Translations under genes and position numbers: made by a program
Notes under the pieces: model-generated
What the model saw: only the letters and a program-made list of their open reading frames with translations
Told to the model about the DNA's origin: nothing
The model's database searches: none
Shown here: positions 13,301 to 26,435 of the stretch, piece after piece
How the letters are laid out: each line of letters begins with the position of its first letter
Position numbering within the stretch: the first letter of the stretch is position 1
Assembly: GCF_964355755.1 (NCBI RefSeq)
Contig: NC_092677.1
Location: 21,811,175 to 21,875,174 of the forward strand
Direction: 5' to 3'
DNA: 64,000 nt
Origin: Antedon mediterranea
Lineage: Eukaryota; Animalia; Echinodermata

Positions 13301-16300
13301 CATGCAATGAAGTTGTAGTATTTAAATTGGTTAACCCCTTGTTATTGTCAGAATCTTTTTTTTTTCTATCTTATTTTTCTTTCTTCCCCGGAATTTTGTT
13401 CGCAGTGTATCTCTAATTCTGGTCAACATAAGATTGTATAACTTTGTCATAAGATTGACCTGTAGACGTGCAAGAAACGTAAAGTTACCCGCGATTTTAT
13501 GAATTTCAATGATTGATCATAGATTATAGTAAACCAAAAGTAATTTTGTATTGACACTTGGTGAAAATTTAAGTCATATCAAGGGCAAACTTTCTATGTT
13601 TTAAAAATGGCATGCTTCACAAAAAGTTACGCGTGCACGCACATTTAAAATTTTAAAATGCGCAAAATTAATTTCTAATCAACTTTCTACGCATGACATT
13701 TGAGCATGACAAATATTCCAACGCGCGCAAAAATATTTACACGTAAGGTGCGCACGGAGCATGAAAATCATGTGTTTTTCTCTTGAATTATGATTTCACA
13801 GGCTTCCCCAGTCATTTTAAAAAAGATTGACATCATTTCAAATTAAAATGACGTCAATGACATTGATTTAGACCATTTGCTCGCGTTTTAGTTGAAAAAA
13901 TATTGTCAAAATAATGCCAATTTTGAATCTATTATAGCTCTTTAGGATCAAAGGTGACCCCCATTTTTTTTAACTTAACGATAAACTGTAGATATGAATT
14001 CATGGAGAATTTTTACCTCTCGGAGGTTATGACGTCATCGTATGGCCACATGAATGTAAAATATTGGATTTTGGTCTCTTTCATTATTGCTCATCACATT
14101 CAACAGAGTGCATCTCGTTTAATATACGTATTCCATTTCCCCCAAGATTTTAATAATGTCTACGTCAATCAACCGCATGACTTAAAAATATTTTAATTTT
14201 TATGGCCTCATCATGTCTAGATGTAAATGTAAATAACGTGGGTCACTTATTTTCATTTTTACAGTAAATTTTAATCTTTTATAGCTCGTCAGAATAAAAA
14301 GTGATGCGCATGATTAAAACTTACTATAGAAGTTGTTGAATTGTAGATATGAATTCATATACAAATTCTGTCTATCTGGTGTCATGACGTCATCATATGG
14401 CCAGTTGAATTAAAAAAGTCATATTTTCATCTCTTGCGTAAAAGTTCATTGCGTTTAAACGAGAGCACATCTCACTTTTACGTGCCCAAAATTCTTCAAA
14501 TTTGTATTAATGTAAATATTTAGATAATTATCTTCTAAAATAGTTATCTTTATATGTCAATTTGATGATGTCATCGTGTTAATAATTGGATTTAAAAGAT
14601 GGGTCTCATAATTTTGTCTATGCTACACTGTAACATATACAGTGTATTCTGTAACTGTAATATGCTGTATGCTAGTACTACAAAATAGGTAAATTCAGCA
14701 CTGTAAACACATTTAATTCATGTCATAGGGTGGCATAATAATTGTCGGCGTGCATATATTTTAAATGTATGTGCATGTTGCGTTTGCGCGGATAACCCGA
14801 ACTCGTCAAAGTGACGAGTTCAAATCTAGTTATTGTTAAAATTATTTTGTTTTTCTACTGCATTCGCAATTAAGTTTGAAATAAAATTTAATTAAAGGCA
14901 TTTTGTAGACGAGTGGAGGTTACCCCGGTGTGCTAGTATACACACAGCCACTGTCACACACAGAAAGTTATCATAACTCATAAACGCTCTTTAGGGTCAC
15001 CCTCTATAAATAAGGTGAAATAAAATTAAAATAAATTGATAATACATAAAATTTACTCTTTTTTTTTAAACTTAATTTATTCAAAAATAACATAATCTTT
15101 TCAGGTATGGAATTCTGGTGGATCCTATCTCTTGGATTTCAGTTTTCTTAAAAAATCCATACAGCTGGCCTAATCTAACACTGATATGTGGTAAGTATAC
15201 TTCTTTACATGACTAACTCTGATTTTCCTATCCACAAATAAAATGAGTTTGAACGTGCATGACATGCTAAGTTTTTAATATCTTCTTTTGAATTAATTTT
15301 ATTTATGATGTAAAATTAAAATATATTCATTGGTGTGTATATGAATGGTTGCCAAGAGTAATATATTTGTTTTATATTTTACAGTACTCAATATATTTGT
15401 CTTCTTTTCTATTGGCATTGAACAATTACTGGCACAGGTATGTACTGTTGTATTTTATTAATAATTCTAGTTTTTAGTTAATAACCATTTTTTAAATATG
15501 TCTCTAATAGCTTACTATTTCAGAGACACTGATGCCCGCAGTTTTAACTAGAAACTCAAAATAGGCAAAGTATAATTGTTTTTATATTATGGATCAAATA
15601 TATATACACATTATACACCTTTTGCCTGTGCAATCTGCTATTCACAGGTTACTACAATCGGATGTTATTTCTAAACCAAAAGCGACAGCAAAAATTAATT
15701 TGCCAATAACAGTAATGCACTTACTTGCACATTCTAAAGAATGTTGAATGTGGTAGCTGTAACGTCATCTCTCGGCAAATAGTAAAAACTATTTTAGTCT
15801 TAGTTTACTTTTTTATCTAACGTTTGAAAATAGTATATCTACAATTTATCATGTGATGCTATTTTAACCAATTGCTAGACGGTAAATGTTTGATCCATGA
15901 TATACTACTACTCCACAGTGGTGGAATGAAGGGAGAAAAATGTTTGAATATGGCCCAGAAATTGCACTCTTTGGGGTTTCAAAATGTAGCTGGTCATCGA
16001 CAAATTTCTAATGAATTGTGGCAGCCCAGGTGTTATTGATATACAGTAACGCACATCATCCCATTGCATAAAGTTTTTTTAAAAGAAGCAGCAGCTGCAT
16101 GGTAAAACAAGGTTTAAAAGTACCACCTTATTGGATTTGTTTTAAAATTTTACAATATGTCTTTTTTCAGTTCTTTTTATTTGCAACCACATTTAAAAAA
16201 AATTTTACTTAACTATTTAATTTCAAATAAATGTTTATTTTAATTGGTATGTTAATTTCAGGGCACTATAAATGAAAGTGTTGGATTCGCTCTCAAGAGC

Positions 16301-19300
16301 ACAAATATTTTTACCATTGTGACATGTCCAGTTGTTGTAATTACAATGTTTAGACCAAATCCAGGTAAGAATATATCATTGTTTGTTGAATATATCACTG
16401 TTTGGTATTGATTGATTGACCTATATCAAGTCAAGGCCATCGGTACAGAAGTAATATTACACAAATAGTTTTTTTTTCACTATAATATAATGTGGGGTAA
16501 GAGGATTTGTTAGAATAAACAAGAAATATTTCCTAGCAGTTTTAATTTTTGTTCTTCATTAAATTATGTTATATATTGTTATTGATAATCTATTTAAAAG
16601 TTTAGAAATAATAATTTTTATCAATTATTTTTGTTACAAGCAGTGGTCTGTTAAAGGGGTGTGTAGAAAGCGACGACCTCGAATTGGACGACCCCAACGA
16701 CCCGGGCGACCTCGAATTGGACGACCTAGAATTGGACGCCCCATAACACGAAACCGACGGCCCCTATAGCCTAGCCTAGGCCTAAGTGTGGTATAACATC
16801 CCGAAGGCGAACATAGCCAAAGATCTTTAAACCATACCTTATATAATACTCGCAAGCAAGCAATTGATTGAAAAAATACAGAAATATCGCCATTTGATAC
16901 TGAATGTGTCGACACGAACAAACGAACAGATATGGAACGCCAAGAGTGCATCATTAAAACTGCATTCGACATATTAAAAATAAATTAAAAAGAAATAAAT
17001 ATTATACATTACATGGTTAAACCATGGACGTATAATTACATCTCATATCTAAGTTTGCTATTGCTATTTTCATGCTTGTATCACCTACTATTTGTGTGCC
17101 ATTTTGGACACTGTTATCCCCAGTTGGATCAATACAGAATACTAATTACTAAGCAATGATTTTAATGGCCACAGCATTTTACTCACTGAGCTAGCCGTGA
17201 TATGTGACATAACAACTCGCAAAACATGGCCGCTAAGGTATAAAATTACCGTTATTTTTTGCTTTTTTAGTGTTAATCCTTAAAATTCAGGAAAGTGATA
17301 TAACCTATAATGTGCGGCCCATCAAGAAACATTAGTGTGCCAAATCTGAGCACTTATCATTCAGCGGATTCGTAGGATATACGTAAAATTTACGCGACCA
17401 ATAGTTAGCAAATAAGTAACATTAATATATTATAGATTATTATATAATACTGTATTGACATCATATTGTTTAATTGAATATTAATGAATGAATGAATTTC
17501 CTGTCATTTTATGGCTAAAAGTTGTGTTAAATCAAATATAAATATGTATATTCTGAACAATTTAACACCAAAAACAAATTTCTATGACAAATGGTTGTCA
17601 AGATATAAGAACCACGCATCTTTAACCTTTGACCCCGATTTTAACCATTTTCTTTCCAGAATCTTCCACACATCCCATGATGTTCTTAAGGGTCAAATTA
17701 ACCTATAACAGTTTAATTACATACATATCTTACTCCGGTCCTTGATTAAGAAGGAAATAATATTTTTTCCCAAAAAAGTGTTAAAAATACAGTTTTTACT
17801 GCAAAAAATATACTTTAATCAGGCCTGCTTTAATAATGTAAATATATTGAATTAGCTACAATGTGGTACCAAACATGATAGTAGATAGTATACCAATCTT
17901 ATTTTATATCGTTAAATATTGATTATTACCAATTTTAGACATATTTGACCTCAAATGACCTCTAAAATATATGTTCCACTAAACCGATTTTAATAGAATT
18001 TGAAAATAAAACACTCCAATAACTACAGAATCAGAAAAAACAAGTTTTGAAACTATTGCAATTTAAAATTGTGTACAAATTGTATGTATTTTATTTGTTG
18101 TTACTTTGCATTCCTTATGTTGTAGTTGGGTCTTTTACTGCACTTGGTATTTACACGCAGGCATTCTTAAAACTCATCTCATACCATATTGTGAACAGAT
18201 GGTGCCGTGAAGCAACACGTAAAAACAAACGTCGTAAAAGAGGAGCCAGTACCCCATCACCCAGGATGAGAAAAGAATTGAAAGAAAAGAATTTTACTGA
18301 GAAGGAGGATGATGGTATGTACACTGACATTTCTACAGGATCATGTATGTCGTGTCTTATAGTATGTTGTGATGTAAAAGTATCTCTGTGGAGATCCCGC
18401 TTTGTAAATTAAGGGCCTATGATTTCTGGTTCGCCAGCATACAATTGAGGACTAGTGCTGTTCCACCATACCATGCCGAGAGTGTTAAGAAGTCACTATC
18501 CAATCGAAATACCATAAAAGCCCCAGTTGTCTTAACGGTTCTGCATATCAAGCAGAAGGTTCCGGGTTCAGGGCAACTTTTTATCATTCTCATTCAATCA
18601 AACAAATTCAATGATTTTTTTTTCCAATAGATGGTGATATCCCAAAAGTTGATTCAACATTAGTGGAGTACCCTGATAATATAAACTTAAAAGGTAAATT
18701 GGACACCAGATATATTTTATTTATCAATTTGAATAATTTTACTATTTGAAATTTTAAAACTATTTATATTTTGTTAATATTTCTAAAATAAAGTGTTGAG
18801 TTATTATATTTAGAGTAATTTTACAAATGTATAAAAGCTTTCCCTCAATTATAATGTATGAAAAATGTTTCTGTCCTTTTATTTTTGTAACATGTGAGGG
18901 TTGCCACTTCTTTGTTTGCCAAATTTATAATAAATAAATATAATAAAACTAACTTATTACGTTTTGTCAGATATGTATTATTTCCTGTTGGCGCCTACTC
19001 TCTGCTATGAGTTGAATTTTCCTCGCTCGGCAAGAATTAGGAAACGCTTTCTCATCAGAAGAATCATTGAAATTGTAAGTAGTAGGTGTCATTACTGGAG
19101 ACTTAAATGGTACCCCCAGGTTTAAAATATCTAATAAGTAGTATAATGTATCATTATGAGAGATTTAAAGGTTTAAAATATCTAATAAGTAGAATATGTA
19201 TTATTATTAGAGTTTTAAAGGGTACCCGAGGTTTAAAATATCTAATCTAATAAATTTAGAATATTTGACTACATTTATATTAACACCCTTGACTCTGGTA

Positions 19301-22300
19301 ATACAGTCTGGTTTTCATAAAATGAAGTCAGTTGATATGTATTGCAAATGAAAAATAGTAATTTTATTGGACTCACTAATTTACTTGAAAACCCCTGCAC
19401 TGTTATGATAATGAATGTATGGTAGTGGAGAATATTTAATGAGTTGCTCTATTCAAAATGGACCTGAAATTTGGTGTTGCTAGAAGGTATATTGTTACAA
19501 AATATAAATTCGCCCTTTTGGGGTAATTAAAAGTAAAGAAAAATCATGTAGCACAAATAATGTATACCGTTTCAATATATGTAAATACAATATATCTTTT
19601 TTTAGGTGTTTTTGCTACAGTTGATGCTTGGCTTGGTTCAACAGTGGATTGTTCCAACTGTCATGAATGCCGTCAAACCATTTAATGTAAACACTTTATT
19701 GTAGTTTTTTATTAAATTTCAATTAAAAGTATTTAGTTTCATAATAAGTTTTAAAAAGTCTGAGGCGTTAAATTTAGAGGCCATTAAAAAAGGCAGTTTT
19801 CCAACTTTAGAGGTGAAATAGAACAGTTATGTATGCACACCAAGTTGATTTCCGAACGCAATCATGCCAACATTCTTGCAATGTTTACAGGAAGCTGAAC
19901 GTGCATTATGAGCACATTAATTATCACCATTAGATATCATTTTTCTGTTAGGTACGGCTAATTCTTTATTAACCAATAAAATTTAAGAATACAGGTGTAT
20001 TATAAAAGACTTATTGACGTTTGCAACAGCCATAAATAAAGGTGTCCTGTTTATTTAATAAAAATTATGAAAGTGAAGTTCATCATGTTACCCTATGGCA
20101 AGATACACAGTTCACATCACCATCCATTTTGATTTAGAAGTGAGAGTACATACAAGTTAAAACGACTATGGTAGGCTGGCAATGAGGGCTTGAAATAATA
20201 ACTATAAATTAGTGTATGATATTTCATAGCCTATACGTTAACATGATTGGTTGAATCACATGACTACCATTCCAAGGATCGTACTTCTTATATAATACTA
20301 ACACTGTAAAGTGTGGAATTATTGATAGAAATTCTTCTGCTAATGTACAAGGCCTAGGCATAAGTGAATATTTTATTGCCAAGGAATCATTAATTAGTAA
20401 TTATTTGCCTTTATATGTTTATTTTTCCCAAGGTAAGGTGAACACTTAAGGCATAACTAGGTAGGCTTATTTACTTGGTGGCTAAGCCTACCCAGCAGAT
20501 ATTCTACTGATATTTGGCAATATAAAATAACAGATATCGTCTTTATATTGGTAAAATAATATAAGATTTGACATCCCCTTGGGAATGATATTTTTCCCTC
20601 GGGACTAAATATATAATCCGAAGAGACAAATTTTCCCTTGTGGGTGTCAAATCTTATATTTCATCTCTAAGCAGGCAATATCTGTATAATAAATATATTC
20701 TGTTCTTGTAGGAAATGGATCTTAAACGAATTGTTGAAAGAATTCTGAAACTTGCTGTGAGTTGTTTAAATTTGAATTAATTTTTAATTGTTGTATTTCA
20801 TGGAAACATAGAAAGTCGACCTATTACAGAAAACAGTTATTAAAGATGTATTGTCCCTTTGACTATTAAATTCCAAAATTTTTTTTTTTTAATATTTCGA
20901 AAAAAAGTAGGTCATTTTGAAGTATCATAATAGTTATTAACTGTCACCAAAAATTAGTTGAAAAAAAAATAATTTAACCAAAATACGGATGTTTTTTTGT
21001 TCAAAAAATAACTTTGACTTCCAGTCAAAGTTTTCAATCAAAACATATCTCATAATGCAACACGCTTGTTTGGCTACTCTGTATGCATAATCATAAAACT
21101 TCCTCGCGATCTGTGTGAAAACACATTCTCAACCGCTACGAGTTGTAAACAATCCTAATTAGCATCATGCATAATGCATACTCGTGGTTTGAAATCTTTG
21201 TTTACTTTCGCTCGTGATGATTTTCCAGACAAAATGTAATCAAATTAATTTACCTGATAATTACGTAAACTTGTTGTTTTTGCCTTGAATTTTTGACTTA
21301 AAGTGAATAACTTTAATATTACTTTGATATGGCCAATTTAAATTTAGAATGTTTTTTTTTTTTCATTTTTTGTGTTTCAAGGGACAATACATCTGACTGA
21401 CTAAAAATATTATATATTTATATAGTTGATAATAATTATAGATAGATCCAATTCATGTATTGCCATAAATCTTTCAGAGGCATATATATAACTTGTAACA
21501 AGTTATAACACCGTTTGATCTTCTAACTTATTATATGTTTTCACACACACACATATGTGAACGTCATTTTCTTATTTGATAGATTCCAAATCACTTCATA
21601 TGGCTCCTATTTTTCTACTCTTTCTTTCACTCATTGCTCAATTTAATTGGAGAATTAATTCGCTTTGCTGATAGAGAATTCTACAGGGATTGGTGGTAAG
21701 TTAAAAACAACTTGTACTATTAAAACTATATTATTATATTATTCGTAGCTTATCTTCTTTCTGTGACATGCAAACTCTAGAAAAGAGTAGAGCTATTTAA
21801 TATAAAAAATATTAACCATGCCCTGTTCAGTGATTTTAAGCTCATGCCTCATGGGCGTCGCTTTTGATGCCCGGCATGTAGAACAAACCGGAAAAGGAAT
21901 TCGTTTTTGCCAGTGACTATCCGACTCTTAAATTCTTGAACCTTGACTTTGGTTTTTTTTGTACTGTGTATTGTGATATTTTGTATATTTTAATCCAGAT
22001 CTTTTTATTTGAATTGCCCCGTGTGGGATGATTAAAGAATTTTGAATTGAATTGAATTATGAAGGCATTGCCTGCTTAGATGTGTAGTATAAAACTAGCA
22101 TTAATTTGTCACTATGACAATTAAATATATGATGTATGGCATCACAAAATCGGTGTAGTGTCGGAAATAATGATTTTTAAGATTTTTATATTATTCGTGA
22201 CTCTATTTTTTAAAATTATATGAAGAATTATTAATGAAAACATACGAGTCACTTTCTACAGTAGCTCAGGAAATTTATAAATTTATTGATTTTTATTAGA

Positions 22301-25300
22301 TATTTGTCTGTTTCTGCTGCATAACGCAAATTAACTGTTTATTTTAAAATAGGTTTCTGCTCAATTTGTGCTCCGGTTAAATCAGTGGGTAGTTGTTGAC
22401 AAAAATCGTTGGAATGAAAAAGTGCAATTGGTCCTGACGGGTAATTCAAACATTACCGCCGTGTACTTGACTCAGTCATTAGCCATTAGCTGTCAATCAA
22501 ATAACCGTTATTTTGTGTTGCAGCTAAAAGGTGCCCAGCGATAACTGGTTAAATGGTGTTGTAACACCGAATTGAATGGGTGTTTCTTTTTGTGCTGCCT
22601 TTTAACTGGTTACCACAAATTTGTCCTGTTTCTGCTCACAAGAAAATGTAGTTAATTTATTAACACCCATTTTAACTGGTTATTTTTATGCAGCAGAAAC
22701 AGGCCCTTAAATGAGTAATGCTGTATTTATTAGTTGTGATCATTTATGTGATTGAAACCAAACATAATCATTGTTATAAAGCAAGTTTATCTGCTTCTTT
22801 TTCCATCAGGAATTCTGAAAATGTTGATTATTTTTGGAAGAATTGGAACATTCCAGTCCACAGGTGGGCCAAAAGGTAAGCTGGAGCTAGAACACATACA
22901 TGCTGCCGTGTTGAATGTCAACCTAGGCTAAACTGTTCCCACTAGTGCCATTTGAATAATCCTTCACTATTGAAATTAAATTATTGGTTATCCGCACTTG
23001 CTGGATAACCCCTTGTTTTCAGAATCTTTTTTTTTTCTATCTTATTAGTTATCTGCTTAGTATCGGATAACTCCTTATATTTCGGTATCTTTTATTCATC
23101 AAAAAGTATATACATAAAACAATTCATGGCAGTATAAACTGAATTGCGAACTGAGTAGTTAAATACATTATACTCCTTGTAACTTTCCTGTTTCATCATC
23201 TTTTTTTTCTGTATTTTACTTCTTTCCTGCCTTTCCTAGTCATTTTAAACAAGATTGACATCATTTCAAATTAAAATGACGTCATACGTATACGTTGATT
23301 TAGACCATTTACATGCGTTTTAGTTGCAAAAGTTATAAAATATTGTCAAAATTATGCCTATTTTGAATCTATTATAGCTCCTCAGGATCAATGGTTACCC
23401 CCAATTTTTTACTTAATATGTAAGCAGATATGTTGTAGATATTAATTCATGCATAATTTTTTCCTCACGAATGTTGTGACGTCATCGTATGGCCACACAA
23501 ATGTAAAATATATGATTTTTGTCTCTTTTGTTATTGCTCATCACATTCAATGGAGCGCATATCGCTTATACATACCGGTATTCCATTTCCCTCGAGATTT
23601 TAATATTGTCTGTCAATCAAGTATTTTTCGCATGAATTAAAAATATATTAATTTTTATGAAGTCATCATGCCTAAAAATGTTAATTATGTGGGTCAATAA
23701 TTTAATCTTTACAGTAAATTTTAATCTGTTATAGCTCGTAAGAATAAAATGTGATCATCACGATTAAAACGTTTTCTGGAAGCTATTGGATTGTAGATAT
23801 GAAATCATGTGAACATTTTGCCAATCGGATGTTGTGACATCATCATATGGCCAGTTAAATAAAAAAAGTTGTATTTTCATCAAATCTAGTTTTCTTATTC
23901 TTTCTGTCAACAAATTTTGTCCGCGGTTTATCTCTAATACTTGTCAACATAAGATTATATAACTTTGTCAGAGGATTGACCTCTAACTTCGTTATATCAC
24001 ATTAGAGTCACACAGCGGAAGTTAAGCTCAATTTTATGAAATTTTATGATTGATCATAAATTCTGAACAAAAAGTTATTTTCAATGAAACTTTACAAAAG
24101 TGTATTTCAATGGAGCAAATTTTGAAATGATAAAAATAGCGTGCTACGCAAAAAATTACACGTATTTGAAATTTTAAAATTAATTTTTAATCAATTTCGT
24201 GTACATTTCAGGTATTTGAGCATTTCAAAATTGTCTACATTTTTTGCGTTTTGCAAAGCGTAGACAAATGGTTTTTGCAATTGATTTTTGTTTTTCATAC
24301 CGTCTGTAGTAGATTTCATTCATTTTGATGAACTTTAAATGCAAAATAACAACGCACATTAAACTTTAATAATCGTGTGATCGACCCATGTGATTAAAAC
24401 TTATTATGGAAGTTGTTGAATTGTAGATATGATTTCGTATACAAATTTTGTCTATCTGATGTCATGACGTCATCATATGGCCAGTTGAATTTTAAGAAAT
24501 CAGATTTTCATCTCTTTCGTAAAAAAGCTCATCGTGTTTAAAAGAGAGCACATCTCACTTTTACGTGCCCAAAATCCTTCAAATTTTCATTAATGTAATT
24601 ATTTAGATAATTATCTTCTAAAATAGTTTTCTTTATAATGTCAATTTGATGACGTCATCGTGTTAATAATTAGATTTAAAAGATGGTTAATTTCATCTAT
24701 GCTACACTGAACATATACAGTGTTCTGTAAATACTGTAATATGCTGTATGGCACGAAATAGGTACAATTGAGCACTGTAAACATATTTAATTCATGTCAT
24801 ATGATGGCATAATAATTGTAGACGTTCATATACGTATGTGCATGTTGCATTTCCACGGATAACACGAACTCTGAACTGAAAGTTCAAATCTAGTTCAACT
24901 TGAAATTTTCTATGCTATATAGTTTTACATGTTTTGAAGACCATTTTAAGTGATCAATGTCCGAACTGTCCTGGACTTCTTAAGTTGCCCCAGACTCCAT
25001 CCAGGTTTGCATCTATCACAGTACTTTATATTCTTTTGTTTGCTTACATTTATATGATATTAAGGAGATTTAAAACCAGACATGCCTCTGTTGTATAAAT
25101 CCTATTGGAGTCTAATTATCTTTATAAACTTGTTATTAATAAGAATAATATGAATTTCCCCTCAGACATCTCTATGCACCACTGAGAAGAAAAGGATACT
25201 CATCAATTCAAGCAGCTATTGCTGTTTTTCTGTTATCAGCAATATTCCATGAGGTCAAGTCACAAATTATTTTAAACTCTACTTTTATCTGTCATTTTAA

Positions 25301-26435
25301 CCCAAAATTCTCTCAGGAATTTAGGCCTTTGTTAGATGCACAATCCAAGATACTGTACATTTTGAAAATTAAAAAACATTTCCCCAAAACAACATCTTAT
25401 TTCAGAATCATATATAAATTATCTTGTCAGCCTGTATTGTTCTAATGATAATCCTTTTATGGATAGACCATCATAAGATATATTTTAAACAAAACTGCTA
25501 CAGCTCTGTAGCAGGTTTGTCAAACATGTCACCAAAATATGGATAGAACATAGACTACATTATTAAAATAATTATTAATTACGTTACTTGGTATTTGATA
25601 TGCCGACAATGCCTGCTTATTACTATTAGCTTATGTATAGCATCCTCTATATGAATTTTATTATTATAACGCTCTATTGTTTGGTCATGTTTTATAAATT
25701 AACCCTAGAATTTTCTGAAAATTTAAAATGTGTTTTTTTTTTGTGTATTTTTTTTACAGTACCTCGTAAGTGTTCCATTGCACTTATTTAGGCTATGGGC
25801 TTTTGCTGGTATGATGGCACAGGTAAGATGAGTTTAATCATTTGAGAGAATGAATAAGTTTGGTTGTTTTTCTACTGCTATGTAATACAAATAATTAATG
25901 TTTTTGAGATGAATAAGAAGAATCAATCTACCTATTCATAAATATTTTTTCCCAATTAAATAAATAAAACATATTCAGTATTAACACATCTCTCCTATTA
26001 TATTATAAAACAAATAATGAATGTTTTGTATTGTGAATATTTTCATGCGTAGAAACAAAGTCTTTAATCTTTTTACTTATTCGTAGTTGTTTAGCAATGT
26101 TGATGCTATGTTTTTAAGGTACTGTCCCCATGAAATTCAAATGTTCACTTTGCTATTAGTTTACTTATTTTCTCAAGCTTGGTTTTCAAAATCAAAAGTA
26201 TAGTATGTAATGTGGATTTTTAAATATACCCTGTACCAAACTGTTAAATTTGTGTTTTTTTTTACAGGTACCTATTCAATATTTTACAGCCAGATTCCTG
26301 CATGGAGCATATGGCAACTCAGCTGTATGGATCTCTCTTATTATAGGTCAGCCTGTTTGTGTATTGATGTACTTCCATGATTATTATGTCATTAACATGA
26401 TTTCAGCCACAAACAGTACTACATCCGTGATCTGA
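10236..26435 (+). CDS. DGAT1: Diacylglycerol O-acyltransferase 1 (MBOAT family), complete spliced gene, about 500 aa
   Basis: 16 GT-AG exons join in one frame (1503 nt including TGA): 10236-10387, 10619-10706, 11462-11502, 15105-15190, 15385-15437, 16262-16364, 18126-18314, 18631-18693, 18971-19074, 19606-19686, 20712-20756, 21583-21695, 22810-22875, 25166-25253, 25760-25822, 26268-26435. DGAT1 motifs present: [65 protein letters not shown] (catalytic His), [14 protein letters not shown]. Confidence 0.97.
10619..10706 (+). CDS. DGAT1: DGAT1 exon ([29 protein letters not shown])
   Basis: ttttacag / gtatgc, 88 nt. Confidence 0.95.
11462..11502 (+). CDS. DGAT1: DGAT1 exon ([14 protein letters not shown])
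   Basis: tttcag / gtaagt, 41 nt. Confidence 0.95.
13327..14829 (+). mobile_element. Helitron/Helentron-like non-autonomous element
   Basis: Subterminal IR ggtta(t)cc / ggataacc; 3' hairpin aactcgtc-aaagt-gacgagtt, then caaatCTAG; homologous to 22981-24893. Confidence 0.75.
15105..15190 (+). CDS. DGAT1: DGAT1 exon (YGILVDP...PYSWPNL)
   Basis: ttttcag / gtaagt, 86 nt. Confidence 0.95.
15385..15437 (+). CDS. DGAT1: DGAT1 exon ([17 protein letters not shown])
   Basis: ttttacag / gtatgt, 53 nt. Confidence 0.93.
16262..16364 (+). CDS. DGAT1: DGAT1 exon (GTINESVG...RPNP)
   Basis: tttcag / gtaaga, 103 nt. Confidence 0.92.
16657..16770 (+). repeat. Short GC-rich tandem motif (cgacctcgaattgga), probably an orphan transposon end
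   Basis: ggggtgt start followed by three to four copies of a 15-16-nt motif; no partner end found. Confidence 0.5.
18126..18314 (+). CDS. DGAT1: DGAT1 exon ([15 protein letters not shown] plus basic linker)
   Basis: ttgtag / gtatgt, 189 nt. Confidence 0.92.
18631..18693 (+). CDS. DGAT1: DGAT1 exon ([11 protein letters not shown])
   Basis: ttccaatag / gtaaat, 63 nt. Confidence 0.92.
18971..19074 (+). CDS. DGAT1: DGAT1 exon ([27 protein letters not shown])
   Basis: ttgtcag / gtaagt, 104 nt. Confidence 0.96.
19606..19686 (+). CDS. DGAT1: DGAT1 exon ([27 protein letters not shown])
   Basis: tttttag / gtaaac, 81 nt. Confidence 0.94.
20218..20691 (-). mobile_element. Second hairpin-terminated element, opposite orientation
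   Basis: gattgg..tcacatg at left; long imperfect hairpin at 20530-20685 (aatataagatttgacatcc / gggtgtcaaatcttatatt). Confidence 0.55.
20712..20756 (+). CDS. DGAT1: DGAT1 exon ([15 protein letters not shown])
   Basis: cttgtag / gtgagt, 45 nt. Confidence 0.95.
20844..21394 (+). mobile_element. Kolobok-like MITE, family 2
   Basis: TTAA|agatgtattgtccc ... gggacaatacatct; homologous to 35628-36381. Confidence 0.8.
21583..21695 (+). CDS. DGAT1: DGAT1 exon (IPNHFIWL...[10 protein letters not shown])
   Basis: tgatag / gtaagt, 113 nt. Confidence 0.96.
21817..22058 (+). mobile_element. Rex1/Babar-like LINE 3' fragment in a DGAT1 intron
   Basis: [38 protein letters not shown]; 3' stem-loop ttgccccgtgtgggat; (GAATT)n tail. 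Confidence 0.75.
22810..22875 (+). CDS. DGAT1: DGAT1 exon ([21 protein letters not shown])
   Basis: catcag / gtaagc, 66 nt. Confidence 0.96.
22981..24893 (+). mobile_element. Rearranged copy of the same Helentron-like family
   Basis: Long colinear blocks shared with 13327-14829 in permuted order; internal (about 23886) and terminal caaatCTAG. Confidence 0.75.
25166..25253 (+). CDS. DGAT1: DGAT1 exon (HLYAPL...SAIFHE)
   Basis: cctcag / gtcaag, 88 nt. Confidence 0.96.
25760..25822 (+). CDS. DGAT1: DGAT1 exon ([21 protein letters not shown])
   Basis: tttacag / gtaaga, 63 nt. Confidence 0.96.
26268..26435 (+). CDS. DGAT1: DGAT1 last exon (VPIQYF...[19 protein letters not shown])
   Basis: tttacag acceptor; TGA at 26433-26435; AATAAA at 26455-26460. 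Confidence 0.96.
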   Translation, partial: VPIQYFTARFLHGAYGNSAVWISLIIGQPVCVLMYFHDYYVINMISATNSTTSVI

